DNA of 64,000 bases from Pseudomonadales bacterium (GCA_024234215.1 JACKOQ010000001.1:335753-399752); one strand, 5' to 3'. Counted from the stretch's first letter, positions 20,006 to 30,658 are shown. Program-made: numbers and translations. Notes: generated from the sequence alone by a model not told the origin.

Positions 20006-20719
20006 GTGCCCGCTTCCAGTGAACTCTCGATCATCAGCCTGATCATCCATGCCACCCTGCCGGTGCAGGCGGTGATGCTGACGCTGTTCCTCGCCTCGTT
20101 CTTCTCCTGGGTCTTCATCATTCAGCGTGGCCGGGCGCTGGGGCGGGCGCGCAAGGAGATGGCGGCGTTCGAGGAGCAGTTCTGGTCGGGCATCGACCTT
20201 GGCAAGCTCTACCGTGACGGCAATGCCCGCGCCAACGATGGCCAGCTCTTCACCGGTCTGGAGCTGCTGTTCCGCGCCGGCTTCAAGGAGTTCTTCCGTC
20301 TGCGGCAGCAGGAGGGGGCCGATCCGGAAGCGGTGCTCGACGGGGTGCAGCGGGCGATGCGGGTGTCGCTGTCGAAGGAGCAGGAGAAGCTCGAAGCGCA
20401 ACTGCCGTTTCTGGCCACGGTCGGCTCCACCAGCCCCTATGTCGGCCTGCTCGGCACGGTCTGGGGCATCATGAACTCCTTCCGTGGTCTTTCCACCGTC
20501 CAGCAGGCGACCCTCGCCACCGTGGCCCCCGGCATCGCCGAGGCGCTGGTGGCCACCGCGATCGGCCTGTTTGCCGCGATCCCGGCCGTGGTGGCCTACA
20601 ACCGCTACTCGGCGATGGCCGAGGGGCTGATGGCCAACTACCAGACCTTCACCGAGGAGTTCTCCAACATCCTGCACCGCCAGCTCCACAGCCGTGGACC
20701 CAACCGTCTGGGAGAGTAG
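20006..20719 (+). CDS. tolQ: Tol-Pal system protein TolQ
   Basis: GTG start. MotA/TolQ/ExbB motif TVGSTSPYVGLLGTVWGIM. Confidence 0.9.
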   Translation: MPASSELSIISLIIHATLPVQAVMLTLFLASFFSWVFIIQRGRALGRARKEMAAFEEQFWSGIDLGKLYRDGNARANDGQLFTGLELLFRAGFKEFFRLRQQEGADPEAVLDGVQRAMRVSLSKEQEKLEAQLPFLATVGSTSPYVGLLGTVWGIMNSFRGLSTVQQATLATVAPGIAEALVATAIGLFAAIPAVVAYNRYSAMAEGLMANYQTFTEEFSNILHRQLHSRGPNRLGE

Positions 20720-20721
20720 TC

Positions 20722-21144
20722 ATGGCGCAACTTCGTGGCAAACGTGGTCCGATGGCGGAGATGAATGTCGTCCCCTACATCGACGTGATGCTGGTGCTGA
20801 TGGTGATCTTCATGGTGACGGCGCCGATGCTGACCCAGGGAGTGGTGGTCAACCTGCCGAGCGCCAGCACCGAACCGGTGCCCGAGCAGAAGGAGCCGAT
20901 CGTCGTCTCGGTTGATGCGACCGGCAGCTACTACATCGACTCCGCTGCCGATCCCAAACAGGCCGTCGACCTTGCGGCCGTGCAGGCGTTCGTTGGCAAG
21001 GTGGTGCAGCAGCGCCCCGATGTCGCCATCTATGTGCGCGGAGATCAGCAGGTCGATTACGGCAAGGTGGTCACGCTGATGGCCGCGTTGCAGGCGGTGG
21101 GCGCCAAGAGTGTGGGGCTGATCACCCAGCCTGCCGAAAAATAG
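20722..21144 (+). CDS. tolR: Tol-Pal system protein TolR
   Basis: MAEMNVVPYIDVMLVLMVIFMVTAP, an ExbD/TolR family signature. Confidence 0.9.
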   Translation: MAQLRGKRGPMAEMNVVPYIDVMLVLMVIFMVTAPMLTQGVVVNLPSASTEPVPEQKEPIVVSVDATGSYYIDSAADPKQAVDLAAVQAFVGKVVQQRPDVAIYVRGDQQVDYGKVVTLMAALQAVGAKSVGLITQPAEK

Positions 21145-21145
21145 C

Positions 21146-22144
21146 ATGGCGTCGACCTCCAGATCGCAGGAGTGGAGCCTCCCGGTCGCGGGCGCCGTGC
21201 TGTTGCACGTCGCCATCGCGCTGCTGCTGGCGCTGAACTGGCGCAGTGAACCGCGGGTGGTCGAGCAGCCGCGTGCGATTCAGGCCACGCTGATCACGCC
21301 GCAGCCGACCCGATCGGCGGCGACCGGTGGCCGTTCGGCGGCCCGCCCAACGCCGCCGGAGCCGGTCAGACCCGAGCCGCCGAAGCCGAAACCGGAACCC
21401 CCCAAGCCGCAGCCACCGCAGCCGCAACCCAAACCCGAGCCGCCGAAACCGGAACCCCCCAAACCCGAGCCCAAGCCCGAGCCGCCGAAGCCGCAGCCGA
21501 AGGCGGAGCTGCCGAAGCCGCCGCCCAAACCGGAGCCAGCGAAACCGCAACCGAAACCCGAACCGCCCAAGGCCGAGCCGGCGAAGCCACAATCCAAGCC
21601 CGAACCAGCCAAACCTCAACCCAAACCGGAGCCGCCCAAGCCGCAGCCGAAGCAGGAGTCTCCCAAGCCGGTCGCCAAACCGGACGCGGCACCCAAACCG
21701 GCCGACGAACGGCAGAAGGCGCTGGCCGATCTGGCCAATGCGCTGCGCAGCGAAGAGGCGAAGAATGCGCCGGCCACGGCGCCGGCGCCAGCGGCGGCAC
21801 CGGGCAAGGTGGATCAGCCAGCGGCCGGCAGCAGTGCCGATGCCAAGGTCGACGACAAGGAGATAGCCAAGTACAAGGCATTGATCACGCAAGAGATTCA
21901 GCAGAACTGGAGCCGTCCGCCGGGCACCCGGCCCGACATGAAGGTCGAGCTGGAGATTCGCCTCGGCCCCGGTGGTGAACTGCTGACTGCCCGCGTGGTC
22001 CAATCGAGCGGCAGTGAGGCATTCGATCGATCGGCCTTGCAGGCGGTCAACAGAATCAATACCTTTCCGGTGCCCGAAGAGCCGCGGCTGTTCGAACACT
22101 TTCGCACCCTCAACCTCGTCTTCAAGCCAGAGGATCTCCCTTGA
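21146..22144 (+). CDS. tolA: Tol-Pal system protein TolA
   Basis: N-terminal TM helix, a long Pro/Lys/Glu repeat domain, and C-terminal TolA domain ...[24 protein letters not shown]. Confidence 0.9.
   Translation: MASTSRSQEWSLPVAGAVLLHVAIALLLALNWRSEPRVVEQPRAIQATLITPQPTRSAATGGRSAARPTPPEPVRPEPPKPKPEPPKPQPPQPQPKPEPPKPEPPKPEPKPEPPKPQPKAELPKPPPKPEPAKPQPKPEPPKAEPAKPQSKPEPAKPQPKPEPPKPQPKQESPKPVAKPDAAPKPADERQKALADLANALRSEEAKNAPATAPAPAAAPGKVDQPAAGSSADAKVDDKEIAKYKALITQEIQQNWSRPPGTRPDMKVELEIRLGPGGELLTARVVQSSGSEAFDRSALQAVNRINTFPVPEEPRLFEHFRTLNLVFKPEDLP
21352..21700 (+). repeat. low-complexity coding repeat (KPEPP/KPQP units) in the TolA linker domain
   Basis: Repeated ccgaagccg/aaaccggaacc units encoding [44 protein letters not shown].... 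Confidence 0.8.
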
Positions 22145-23478
22145 GTCGCATGACCTGCCTTCTTTCGTCCGCGCCCGCCGCGTTGCGCCGCCGGTGGCGG
22201 CCATTCGGACTGCTGGCGCTGCTGTTGAGCCTCCTCGGCTGGTCACGGCTGGGTGTCGCCAACCTGACCATCGAGATCACCTCGGGTGTCGACAATCCGA
22301 TCAAGGTGGCGATCGTGCCGTTTCGCGGTGCAGAAGGGGTGGATGACGTGGCCGGCATCGTCTCCGGCGACCTGGAGCGAACCGGACAGTTCAGTGCGAT
22401 TGCCCGCAACAACATGCTGAGCACACCGCATGAGGAGCAGGAGGTGGTGATGCGCGACTGGCGCCTGCTCGGCGCCGACTATGTCGCCATCGGCCAGTTG
22501 CAGCGCACTGCCAATGGGCAGTCGGAGGTGCGCTATCTGCTCTTCAACACCGCCACCGGCGCCCGCCTGCTGGCCGAGACGCTGACCGGACGCAGCGACC
22601 AGACCCGCGCGCTGGCGCATCGGGTCAGCGACCGCATCTACGAGGCGATCACCGGCATTCCCGGCATCTTCTCCACCCAGATGATCTACATCACCGAGTC
22701 GCGCTCCGCCGGTGCGATGCGCTACCGGCTGTTCCTGGCCGATGCCGATGGCGAGCGGCCACAGGTGCTGCTCGATTCGCGGGAGCCGATTCTGTCGCCG
22801 GCCTGGGCACCCGATGGCGAGCGAATCGCCTACGTCTCTTTCGAGACCGGCCGACCCGCCATCTATGTGCAGAACGTGCGCAGCGGCCAGCGCGAGCAGG
22901 TGACCAATTTCTCCGGCCTCAACAGCGCGCCGGACTGGTCACCCGATGGTCGCCGGCTGGCCCTGGTGCTGTCGAAGGATGGCGATCCGGAGATCTACAT
23001 TCTCGATCTGGCGACCCGCAACCTGAAGCGGGTCACCAGCCACTTCGCCATCGACACCGAGCCGCGCTGGCTGCCCGATGGCGAATCGCTGATCTTCACT
23101 TCCAACCGCGGCGGCAAGCCGCAGATCTACCAGCTCGACCTCGATTCGCTGGCAGTGAAGCGGGTCACCTATGAAGGTGACTACAACGCCCGTGGCACCG
23201 TGACTGCCGATGGGCGCACGCTGGTGTTCGTCCACCGCAGCGGCGGCAACTTTCACATTGCCGCGCAGGACCTCAAGCGCGGCAATGTGCGCATCCTCTC
23301 CGACACCCGGCTCGATGAGTCACCCAGTGTTTCGCCCAATGGCACCATGGTGCTCTATGCGACTGAAACCCGCGGGCAGGGTATACTTGCCGCCGTGTCG
23401 ATCGATGGCCGGGTGCGGTTTCGCATTCCCGCCACCGAAGGTGACGTGCGCGAACCGGCCTGGTCGCCACTGCGCTGA
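22141..23478 (+). CDS. tolB: Tol-Pal system beta-propeller protein TolB
   Basis: TTG at 22141 overlaps the tolA stop (alternative ATG at 22150). Repeated PxWSPDG motifs ([27 protein letters not shown]). Confidence 0.9.
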   Translation: MSRMTCLLSSAPAALRRRWRPFGLLALLLSLLGWSRLGVANLTIEITSGVDNPIKVAIVPFRGAEGVDDVAGIVSGDLERTGQFSAIARNNMLSTPHEEQEVVMRDWRLLGADYVAIGQLQRTANGQSEVRYLLFNTATGARLLAETLTGRSDQTRALAHRVSDRIYEAITGIPGIFSTQMIYITESRSAGAMRYRLFLADADGERPQVLLDSREPILSPAWAPDGERIAYVSFETGRPAIYVQNVRSGQREQVTNFSGLNSAPDWSPDGRRLALVLSKDGDPEIYILDLATRNLKRVTSHFAIDTEPRWLPDGESLIFTSNRGGKPQIYQLDLDSLAVKRVTYEGDYNARGTVTADGRTLVFVHRSGGNFHIAAQDLKRGNVRILSDTRLDESPSVSPNGTMVLYATETRGQGILAAVSIDGRVRFRIPATEGDVREPAWSPLR

Positions 23479-23528
23479 TGCGGTCGTACCGATCTCAACC
23501 ACTTCGCAACACTCCAAGGGAGAATTTC

Positions 23529-24068
23529 ATGTCACTGTCTCGTCTGCTTACTCTCGCGCTGCTGATGGTCAGCCTGGTGGGCCTGGCTGGTTGCAGTTCC
23601 AAGGGCGACATCGATGAAACCGCGGCCGGTGGTGCGGCGGCTGGCATGGGTGGTCAGGGCGGCGCCTCCAGCTATGGGGCCGGCGCCGGGGGTGGCATCG
23701 GCGCTCACGGCGGCAGTGGCGGCATCCCCTCCTCGCCGGCCGAACTGGTCAAGGTGATCTACTTCGACTTCGACCAGGATGCGATCCGTGACGAGTACCG
23801 CGAGCAGGTGGTGGCCCACGCGCTCTATCTGAAGAACAACCCGCAGGCCAGCCTGACCATCGAGGGCCACTGTGACGAGCGCGGCACCCGCGAATACAAC
23901 CTGGCGCTCGGTGAGCGGCGGGCCAAGGCGGTGCGCAACTTCCTGCTGCTCGAAGGGGTGGCCTCGAACCAGATCGAAGTGGTCAGCTATGGCGAAGAGC
24001 GTGCCGAGAACCCGGAGCACTCCGAGGAAGCCTGGTCGCAGAACCGCCGCGCCCAGTTCCGCTACTGA
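23529..24068 (+). CDS. pal: peptidoglycan-associated lipoprotein Pal
   Basis: Trimmed to MSLSRLLTLALLMVSLVGLAGC (lipobox). OmpA-like domain YFDFDQDAIR...GHCDERGTREYNLALGERRA. AAGGGAGA RBS upstream. Confidence 0.9.
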   Translation: MSLSRLLTLALLMVSLVGLAGCSSKGDIDETAAGGAAAGMGGQGGASSYGAGAGGGIGAHGGSGGIPSSPAELVKVIYFDFDQDAIRDEYREQVVAHALYLKNNPQASLTIEGHCDERGTREYNLALGERRAKAVRNFLLLEGVASNQIEVVSYGEERAENPEHSEEAWSQNRRAQFRY

Positions 24069-24080
24069 TCGGGTGAGGCA

Positions 24081-24845
24081 GTGAGGTCGAAGTTCGGTGC
24101 TTTGGGGCTGCTGGCTGTCGTGATGGCGCTGCAGCCCCTTCCGCTCCTTGCGGCGGAAGCCCCGCCGGCGGCTGCTGCCAGCAGTGGCGGCGGCAGCGTC
24201 AGTTCGGAGCTGTTTCTCAAGCTTCAGCAGATGGAGCAGGAGATCCTCGAACTGCGTGGCCGCATCGAGGAGCAGAGCCACGACATCGAGCAGTTGAAGA
24301 CGCGGCAGAAAGAGCACTACCTCGACTTCGATCGACGCATCAATGAACTGAAGTCACCGGCTGCGGCTGCTCCGGCCGCGGCAGGTGAGACAGCTCCGGT
24401 TCAACCGGCGGCCGCCGCGCCCCAGCAGACCGCAGCGGCACCGGCAAGCACGCCGGCTGCGGCGGCGACCGGCAATGCCGAGGAGGCCTACAAGAGCGCC
24501 TATCAACTGGTCAAGGAGCGGCGCTTCGATGAGGCGCGCAGCAGCTTCGAGGCCTTTGTGCAGCGCTTTCCCAAGGGTGACTACACCGCCAATGCCTACT
24601 ACTGGCTGGGTGAGCTCTACCTGCTGAAATCGGACTGGGAGGCGGGCCGACGCTCGTTCACCAAGGTGATCGGCGACTATCCGCAACATCCCAAGACCCC
24701 CGATGCGATGTACAAGCTCGGCGTGGTCTACCACAAGATGGGGCAGAACGACCGCGCCAAGGAGATGTTGCAGAAGACCCGCACCATCTTCCCCGACAGT
24801 TCGGCGGCCAGGCTGGCCGAGATCTACCTGCGCGAAATCAAGTAG
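24081..24845 (+). CDS. cpoB: cell division coordinator CpoB (YbgF)
   Basis: Signal peptide, coiled-coil segment (LQQMEQEILELRGRIEEQSHDIEQLK) and C-terminal TPR-like YbgF domain (ANAYYWLGELYL, PDAMYKLGVVY). Confidence 0.85.
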   Translation: MRSKFGALGLLAVVMALQPLPLLAAEAPPAAAASSGGGSVSSELFLKLQQMEQEILELRGRIEEQSHDIEQLKTRQKEHYLDFDRRINELKSPAAAAPAAAGETAPVQPAAAAPQQTAAAPASTPAAAATGNAEEAYKSAYQLVKERRFDEARSSFEAFVQRFPKGDYTANAYYWLGELYLLKSDWEAGRRSFTKVIGDYPQHPKTPDAMYKLGVVYHKMGQNDRAKEMLQKTRTIFPDSSAARLAEIYLREIK

Positions 24846-24868
24846 CCGCGGAGCCCTCCGCACTCCAG

Positions 24869-25519
24869 ATGGCCAAGGCGCAACTGCGTATCACCGAGAT
24901 TTTTCTCTCGTTGCAGGGCGAGGGGCCCAGTGTCGGCTGGCCCACCACCTTCATCCGCCTGACCGGCTGCCCGCTGCGCTGCCACTACTGCGACACCAGT
25001 TATGCTTTCAGCGGCGGCAGCCTGCACTCACTCGACGAGATCATCGCCGCCACGGCCGGCCATGGTGCCCGCCATGTCTGCGTCACCGGTGGCGAACCGC
25101 TGGCGCAGCCGCGCTGTCTCGACCTGCTCGTGCGGCTCTGTGACCTGGGTTACCGGGTCTCGCTCGAAACCAGCGGTGCCATCGACCTCGATGGTGTCGA
25201 TGCGCGGGTGGTCAAGGTGATGGATCTGAAGACGCCCGGTTCGGGGGAGGTCGAGCGCAACCTCTGGCGCAACCTCGATCTGCTCAATCCGCATGACCAG
25301 ATCAAGCTGGTGCTGCGTGATCGCCGCGACTATGAGTGGGCCCGCTTCATGCTTGATCAGCATCGACTGCCCGAACGGGTCGAAGCGGTGCTGTTCTCGC
25401 CCTGTCAGGGGGAACTCGATCCGGCACGGCTGGCGCAGTGGATGCTCGATGACCGGCTGCCGGTCCGGTTCCAGTTGCAACTGCACAAGGTACTCTGGGG
25501 CGATCAGCCCGGACGTTGA
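24869..25519 (+). CDS. queE: 7-carboxy-7-deazaguanine synthase (radical SAM)
   Basis: [36 protein letters not shown] (Cx3Cx2C-like cluster). Confidence 0.9.
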   Translation: MAKAQLRITEIFLSLQGEGPSVGWPTTFIRLTGCPLRCHYCDTSYAFSGGSLHSLDEIIAATAGHGARHVCVTGGEPLAQPRCLDLLVRLCDLGYRVSLETSGAIDLDGVDARVVKVMDLKTPGSGEVERNLWRNLDLLNPHDQIKLVLRDRRDYEWARFMLDQHRLPERVEAVLFSPCQGELDPARLAQWMLDDRLPVRFQLQLHKVLWGDQPGR

Positions 25520-25529
25520 GGGGATGAAC

Positions 25530-26213
25530 ATGGCAACCAGCAGCGAACGGCGCGCGGTGGTGCTGCTCTCCGGTGGGCTCGACTCCAGCACGGCGCTGGC
25601 GGCCACCCGTGTCGAGGGCTATCACTGCTACTCGATGGCGGTCGACTATGGCCAGCGTCACCAGGCCGAGCTGGAGGCAGCACAGCGGATCGCTCGGCAA
25701 CTGGGCGCGGTCGAACATCGGGTGATGAAGATCGATCTGGCCGGCATCGGTGGCTCGGCGCTGACCGACCGCAGCATCGCGGTGCCGGAACAGCCGAGCC
25801 CGGGCATTCCCGTCACCTATGTGCCCGCGCGCAATACCATTTTTCTGGCGCTGGCACTGGCCTGGGCGGAGGTGCTCGATGCCGATGCCATCGTCATCGG
25901 CGTCAATGCGGTCGACTACTCCGGCTATCCCGACTGCCGACCGGAGTTCATCGCCGCCTTTGCCGGCATGGCCAACCTCGCCACCCGTCGCGCGGTGCTG
26001 GGCCAGCGCATCGAACTGAAGACGCCGCTGATCGACCTGACCAAGGCGCAGATCGTGCAGTGGGGCGCGGCGCTGGGTGTCGACTACGCTCTGACGGTCT
26101 CCTGCTATCAGGCCGATCTGACCGGCGCAGCCTGTGGCCGCTGCGACAGTTGCCGGCTGCGCGCCAAGGGGTTCAGCGACGCCGGTCTGCCCGACCCGAC
26201 CCGCTACGCCTGA
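25530..26213 (+). CDS. queC: 7-cyano-7-deazaguanine synthase
   Basis: ORF 25293..26213 trimmed to [21 protein letters not shown] (PP-loop SGGxDS). C-terminal Zn cluster [20 protein letters not shown]. Alternative ATG at 25524. Confidence 0.9.
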   Translation: MATSSERRAVVLLSGGLDSSTALAATRVEGYHCYSMAVDYGQRHQAELEAAQRIARQLGAVEHRVMKIDLAGIGGSALTDRSIAVPEQPSPGIPVTYVPARNTIFLALALAWAEVLDADAIVIGVNAVDYSGYPDCRPEFIAAFAGMANLATRRAVLGQRIELKTPLIDLTKAQIVQWGAALGVDYALTVSCYQADLTGAACGRCDSCRLRAKGFSDAGLPDPTRYA

Positions 26214-26255
26214 ACCGGGCATTCAGGCGCTGGAACAGCGCTCCGGCCACACAGC

Positions 26256-26705
26256 TCATCCGCCTGCGCCGTCGGGCGCGAGATTTTCCGCGAAGTGAAA
26301 ACTGCGCTTCGACATCCCTTCGCGTTCGTAGAAACGGTGTGCGTCGACTCTGTGCAGGCCGGAGTCGAGGTGCAACTGCTGGCAACCCGCCTGGACCGCG
26401 AATGCCCGGAGCCATGACGGCAGCGTGGCGCCCAGCCCTTGGGAGCGGTGGTTGGGCAGGGTCACCAGGTCATCGACGTAGAGAAAACGGCCCCAAGCGA
26501 GGTTTTCACCGAGGCGAAAGCCCGCCACCGCCACGGCCATGCCGTCCTGTTCGACAAAGGCCAGGCGGTACCCCGAGGCCTGCTGGCGGCGAATCCGCGA
26601 AACAAAATCCGCCTCCGCGATCTGCGGGCGCAGTGTCTGCATGGCTGGATGGCAGCCGGCAATCTCCGCATCGGTTTCGGCAAGATGAATGTGCATCGCT
26701 GGCAT
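26256..26705 (-). CDS. GNAT-family N-acetyltransferase
   Basis: 149 aa. Acetyl-CoA motif A region VDDLVTLPNHRSQGLGATL. Confidence 0.75.
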   Translation of the reverse strand: MPAMHIHLAETDAEIAGCHPAMQTLRPQIAEADFVSRIRRQQASGYRLAFVEQDGMAVAVAGFRLGENLAWGRFLYVDDLVTLPNHRSQGLGATLPSWLRAFAVQAGCQQLHLDSGLHRVDAHRFYEREGMSKRSFHFAENLAPDGAGG

Positions 26706-26734
26706 CCCGAGGCTGAAGAGAAGCGCCGGCGGAG

Positions 26735-28654
26735 TCAGCGGAGCGCCGCCCGCCGCTGTTTCACGGTCCGATGCAGCAGCGCGAACAGCGTGATCAGCAG
26801 CGGCATCAGCAGGATGTTGAGAGCCTTGATCCAGGTGCCCAACTGCTCGATCTCCTGGTTGAGCTGATGCTGGACGGTGCGCAGCTCCTTGCGCAGCCGC
26901 AGCTTCTCCTGCTGGAACTGCTCGATGGTGGCCTCCTGCTCCGGTGTCAGCGTGGCGCTCTTCTGCTGTTCGCCTTCGCCATTGCGCTGGGCTTGCAGTG
27001 CCCCCAGCTTCTGCTCGGTCTCCTTCAGACTGGCCTGCAGCTGCTCCTGCTTCTCTCTGAAGTGGGCAGAGGCTTGCTGTTGCAGCGCGATGACCCGGGT
27101 GAAGGGGCGGTAGAACTGACCCCGGCCGCGGATGGCGATCAGGTCGGGGTTGCCGCTGAGGTTGTCCACCGCATTGGCGATAAGATCGCCGTTGTCGGCG
27201 AAGGGGGTGCCCACCTGCTGTCCCATGAAGTTCTGCACCCGCACCCAGAGCCGGTCGGTGAGCAGGTCGGTGTCGGCCACCACCAGGATGTTGCTGTCGC
27301 TCTGCGAGGCGGCGAGATGGGGCAGCAACGGCTTGGCTGCCGGAGCGGGTGGCTCAGCGGCTGCCTTGGGCGCATTGGCCGGCGGCTTGGGCTCGGCCGG
27401 CGGGCCAGCGGGGAAGGCGCTCTGCAACGGGCCGGTGATGCGCGCCGCCACCGTGTAGAGCTGGCCATCCGGTTCGAAGCCCTGATAGAGCAGCGATGGA
27501 TCGGTCAGTCCGAGCATCTTGTCGGCATCGATCAGCATGCTCTGCGAACTCGACTGCATCAGCGGGGTGAAGCGGGTGGTGGCCCCTTCGATCGGCTTCA
27601 GCACACCGGAGGAGGAGACCAGCACATACTCGAGCCGGCTCATGATGACGTCGCTGCTGTCGAAGCCACTCTTGTCGAGCGCCAGAATCGCCGGATGGCG
27701 CACCTGGCGGGCCTCTTCACCCACGGTGACGTTGATCGCATGGCCATCGTCGAGCAGCACCTTTTTGTCGACCATCTCGACGCCCCAGCTCTTCATCAGC
27801 GCCGGCAGGTTGGAGGCGGCGTCACCCAGTTCCATCATGCCCTGATTCATGCGCTCGGCATGGGGGTCGACGAAGAGGATCAGCTTGCCACCGCGCATCA
27901 GGTACTGGTCGATGGCGTACTCCAGCCGCGGCGGCAGTTGTTGCGGATGGATCAGCACCAGCAGGTCATAGAGCTTGGGGTCGAGTTCGCTGGTCTCGTT
28001 GCCCACCTGCTTGAACTCGAAGAGCTGCTCCAGCTGCGCGAAGGCCATCCACGGCGGCGTGGGCTGGCGGCGCAGCATGTCGATGCCGCCCAGCACGTCG
28101 ATGGCGCTGATCAGCCCCACCGTCGGCCGCTTGCCGCGGCTGACGGTGTAGATCATCCGGCTGATGTCATATTCCAGCAGGGGTTCGCGATCGGGGCTGA
28201 AGAAGGGGATGCGCTCGGTGGTGCCGTTCTCTCCCTTGGCGGCCAATCCCAGATAGATCTGCGGCCCGCCAGCCTGCAGCGGAATGGCGTTGATGCCGAG
28301 TTCGGCCGCCTTGTCCTCGGCCTCCGAGAAGGGCTCCGGATCGATCACCTCCAGCAGCAGTTTACCGTTGCTGGCCAGCCGATACTCATCGATCAGCTCG
28401 CGCACCCGCTTGGCGTAGGCGCGGATGAATGGATTCTCCTTGCTCTCCTTTTCGGAGAAGAACAGATAGAGGTGCACCGGCTTGTCGAGCGATTGCAGCA
28501 GCTTGCGGCTGCCGTCGGAGAGTGAGTAGAGCCGGTCCTGGGTCAGGTCGATGCGTGCTGCGGGCAGCAGCCGATCGATCAGCAGGGTGGCTGCACACAG
28601 CAGCGTCAGCAGCAGAATCAGCCCGGTTCTGGAGAAGAGTCTGGTGAATTTCAT
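26735..28654 (-). CDS. GldG-like auxiliary component of ABC-type transport system
   Basis: 639 aa with N- and C-terminal TM anchors, a large periplasmic region and a coiled-coil near the C-terminus. Located downstream of the ABC-2 permease and ATPase. Confidence 0.7.
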   Translation of the reverse strand: MKFTRLFSRTGLILLLTLLCAATLLIDRLLPAARIDLTQDRLYSLSDGSRKLLQSLDKPVHLYLFFSEKESKENPFIRAYAKRVRELIDEYRLASNGKLLLEVIDPEPFSEAEDKAAELGINAIPLQAGGPQIYLGLAAKGENGTTERIPFFSPDREPLLEYDISRMIYTVSRGKRPTVGLISAIDVLGGIDMLRRQPTPPWMAFAQLEQLFEFKQVGNETSELDPKLYDLLVLIHPQQLPPRLEYAIDQYLMRGGKLILFVDPHAERMNQGMMELGDAASNLPALMKSWGVEMVDKKVLLDDGHAINVTVGEEARQVRHPAILALDKSGFDSSDVIMSRLEYVLVSSSGVLKPIEGATTRFTPLMQSSSQSMLIDADKMLGLTDPSLLYQGFEPDGQLYTVAARITGPLQSAFPAGPPAEPKPPANAPKAAAEPPAPAAKPLLPHLAASQSDSNILVVADTDLLTDRLWVRVQNFMGQQVGTPFADNGDLIANAVDNLSGNPDLIAIRGRGQFYRPFTRVIALQQQASAHFREKQEQLQASLKETEQKLGALQAQRNGEGEQQKSATLTPEQEATIEQFQQEKLRLRKELRTVQHQLNQEIEQLGTWIKALNILLMPLLITLFALLHRTVKQRRAALR

Positions 28655-28668
28655 CGTGATGCTCCGGT

Positions 28669-29403
28669 TTACTGTGCCTTTTTCATGTCGATCACGATCG
28701 CGGTGGCGGTGAGCCAGCCGACGATCATCAGCACGAAAAACAGCAGGTCACGAAAATCGAGCACGCCGCGGCTGATCGCATTGAAGTGGGTCATGAAGCT
28801 CAGTGAGGCCACGGCATCCAGCAGCGGCTGACTGGCCCAGCCCTCGAAGAAGTTGAGCAGCAGCGGCAAACCGGCCACCACGTAGCAGAAGCAGATGACG
28901 ATGGTGAGAATGAAGGCGATCACCTGGTTGCTGGTGCAGGCCGACATGCAGGAGCCGATCGCCAGAAAGGCCCCGGCCATCAGCCAGCTGCCCAGATAGC
29001 TGGCGAGGATGATGCCATTGTCCGGGTCGCCGAGGTAGTTGACGGTGATCCAGATCGGAAAGGTGAGCAGCAGCGCCAGACCACTGAACAGCCAGGCGGC
29101 GAGGAACTTGCCCAGCACCGCCTCGTGCAGCCGGATCGGCAGCGTCAGCAGCAGCTCGATCGAGCCGGTCTTGCGCTCCTCGGCCCACAGCCGCATCGCC
29201 AGCGCCGGAATCAGAAAGAGGTAGAGCCAGGGATGAAAGTTGAAGAAATTGAGCAGATCGGCCTGACCCATCTCGTAGAGGTTGCCGACACTGAAGGCGA
29301 AGACGCTGGCCACCACCAGAAAGATCACGATGAAGATGTAGGCCAGCGGGGTGGCGAAGTAACTGGCCAGCTCGCGGCGCATGACAATGGTCGTGGCGGA
29401 CAT
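28669..29403 (-). CDS. ABC-2 type transporter permease (GldF-like)
   Basis: 244 aa with about 6 hydrophobic segments. TGATG overlap with the upstream ATPase gene. Confidence 0.8.
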   Translation of the reverse strand: MSATTIVMRRELASYFATPLAYIFIVIFLVVASVFAFSVGNLYEMGQADLLNFFNFHPWLYLFLIPALAMRLWAEERKTGSIELLLTLPIRLHEAVLGKFLAAWLFSGLALLLTFPIWITVNYLGDPDNGIILASYLGSWLMAGAFLAIGSCMSACTSNQVIAFILTIVICFCYVVAGLPLLLNFFEGWASQPLLDAVASLSFMTHFNAISRGVLDFRDLLFFVLMIVGWLTATAIVIDMKKAQ

Positions 29404-30326
29404 CAGGCGGCTTCTCCGGTGGTCAGTTGGCGGAACACATCGTTCAGTTCACCCTTCTCGACATAGATCTGGCTGATCGCCCAGCCTTCGCTGGCGATTC
29501 TCTGGTTGAGTGCTGGCAGAATCTCCTGCCCCGTGACCGGAATCAGCGTGTAGCGCTGGTTGACCTGATCCTCTTCCACCGCCTGCACGCCGGGCAGCAT
29601 GCGCAGCTTCTCACCGAGCGCCGGCTCGCGGCTCTCGACGGTCACCGCCCGGTGGTAGCGGGAGTGGGCCTCGAGCTGCGCCGGTGTCGCGTCGGTCAGC
29701 AGCCGGCCGTTGGCGATGACGATCACCCGGCTGCACAGCGCGGTCACCTCTTCGAGGATGTGGGTCGAGATGATGATGATCTTCTCTTTCGACAGCCCGC
29801 GGATCAGCTCGCGCACCTGATGCTTCTGATTGGGGTCGAGCCCATCGGTCGGCTCATCCAGAATCAGCACCCTGGGGTCATGGATCAGCGCCTGTGCCAA
29901 TCCGACCCGGCGCCGGAAGCCCTTCGACAGCGTCTCGATGCGTTTGCCCAGCACCGTTTCCAGATCGAGCGCGGCCACCACCCGATCGATCGCCTCGCTG
30001 CGCTGCTGTTTGGAGAAGCCGCGAATCTCGGCGATGAAGCGAAGAAACTCGGCAGCGGTCATGTCGCCATAGGCCGGCGCCCCCTCCGGCAGATAGCCGA
30101 TCAACCGCTTGGCGGCCAGCGGCGTGCGCCAGATGTCCTGATCGAAGATGGTCACGCTGCCCTCGGTCGGGGCCAGAAAGCCGGTGATGATCTTCATCGT
30201 GGTCGACTTGCCGGCACCATTGGGGCCGATGAAGCCGAGCACTTCGCCGCTCTTCAGCTCGAACGAGAGCCGATCGACGGCGACGAAGCCATCAAAGGAT
30301 TTGGTCAGGGAGGAGACACGGATCAT
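29403..30326 (-). CDS. ABC transporter ATP-binding protein (GldA-like)
   Basis: Walker A GPNGAGKST, signature LSKGFRRR, Walker B LILDEPT. Confidence 0.9.
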   Translation of the reverse strand: MIRVSSLTKSFDGFVAVDRLSFELKSGEVLGFIGPNGAGKSTTMKIITGFLAPTEGSVTIFDQDIWRTPLAAKRLIGYLPEGAPAYGDMTAAEFLRFIAEIRGFSKQQRSEAIDRVVAALDLETVLGKRIETLSKGFRRRVGLAQALIHDPRVLILDEPTDGLDPNQKHQVRELIRGLSKEKIIIISTHILEEVTALCSRVIVIANGRLLTDATPAQLEAHSRYHRAVTVESREPALGEKLRMLPGVQAVEEDQVNQRYTLIPVTGQEILPALNQRIASEGWAISQIYVEKGELNDVFRQLTTGEAA

Positions 30327-30658
30327 GGCCGAAACCTGTGGGGCATGTGATGCATGGAGAGCTGGCAGATGGCAGCGGAATCTTGTCGAACGATCAGAGG
30401 AGAAAAATGCAGTGGGGCGGGACTATAGGCAGCCCCCTGCGGCTTTGCAAGCGGGAGTGGCGGGCGGTTTTTTTGTCGGCATGGCCGTCGCATTGCCTGT
30501 CCGGCACAGAGGGTGCTTTACCGGGAGGTGAAGGCGGTTCCGCCCTTGCATTGTGCAAAGCGCGCAGCGCACAATGGCCCGCAAGCAATGCGGGCATGGA
30601 TGGGCCCTCTCAGCACCCGCCCCTGTTCGCGATTCACCTCATCGATCCGGGAAACGCC

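Noticed and set aside
21352-21700. Repetitive DNA considered as a possible tandem-repeat or CRISPR-like array
   Set aside because: The repeats are in-frame, imperfect Pro/Lys/Glu codon repeats inside tolA. There is no spacer-repeat structure. No CRISPR array was seen anywhere in the window.
24869-26213. queE-queC considered as part of a 7-deazaguanine DNA-modification (Dpd-like) defence island
   Set aside because: They sit in the conserved tol-pal-cpoB-queE-queC housekeeping arrangement. No dpdA/TGT-like, helicase or nuclease genes accompany them.
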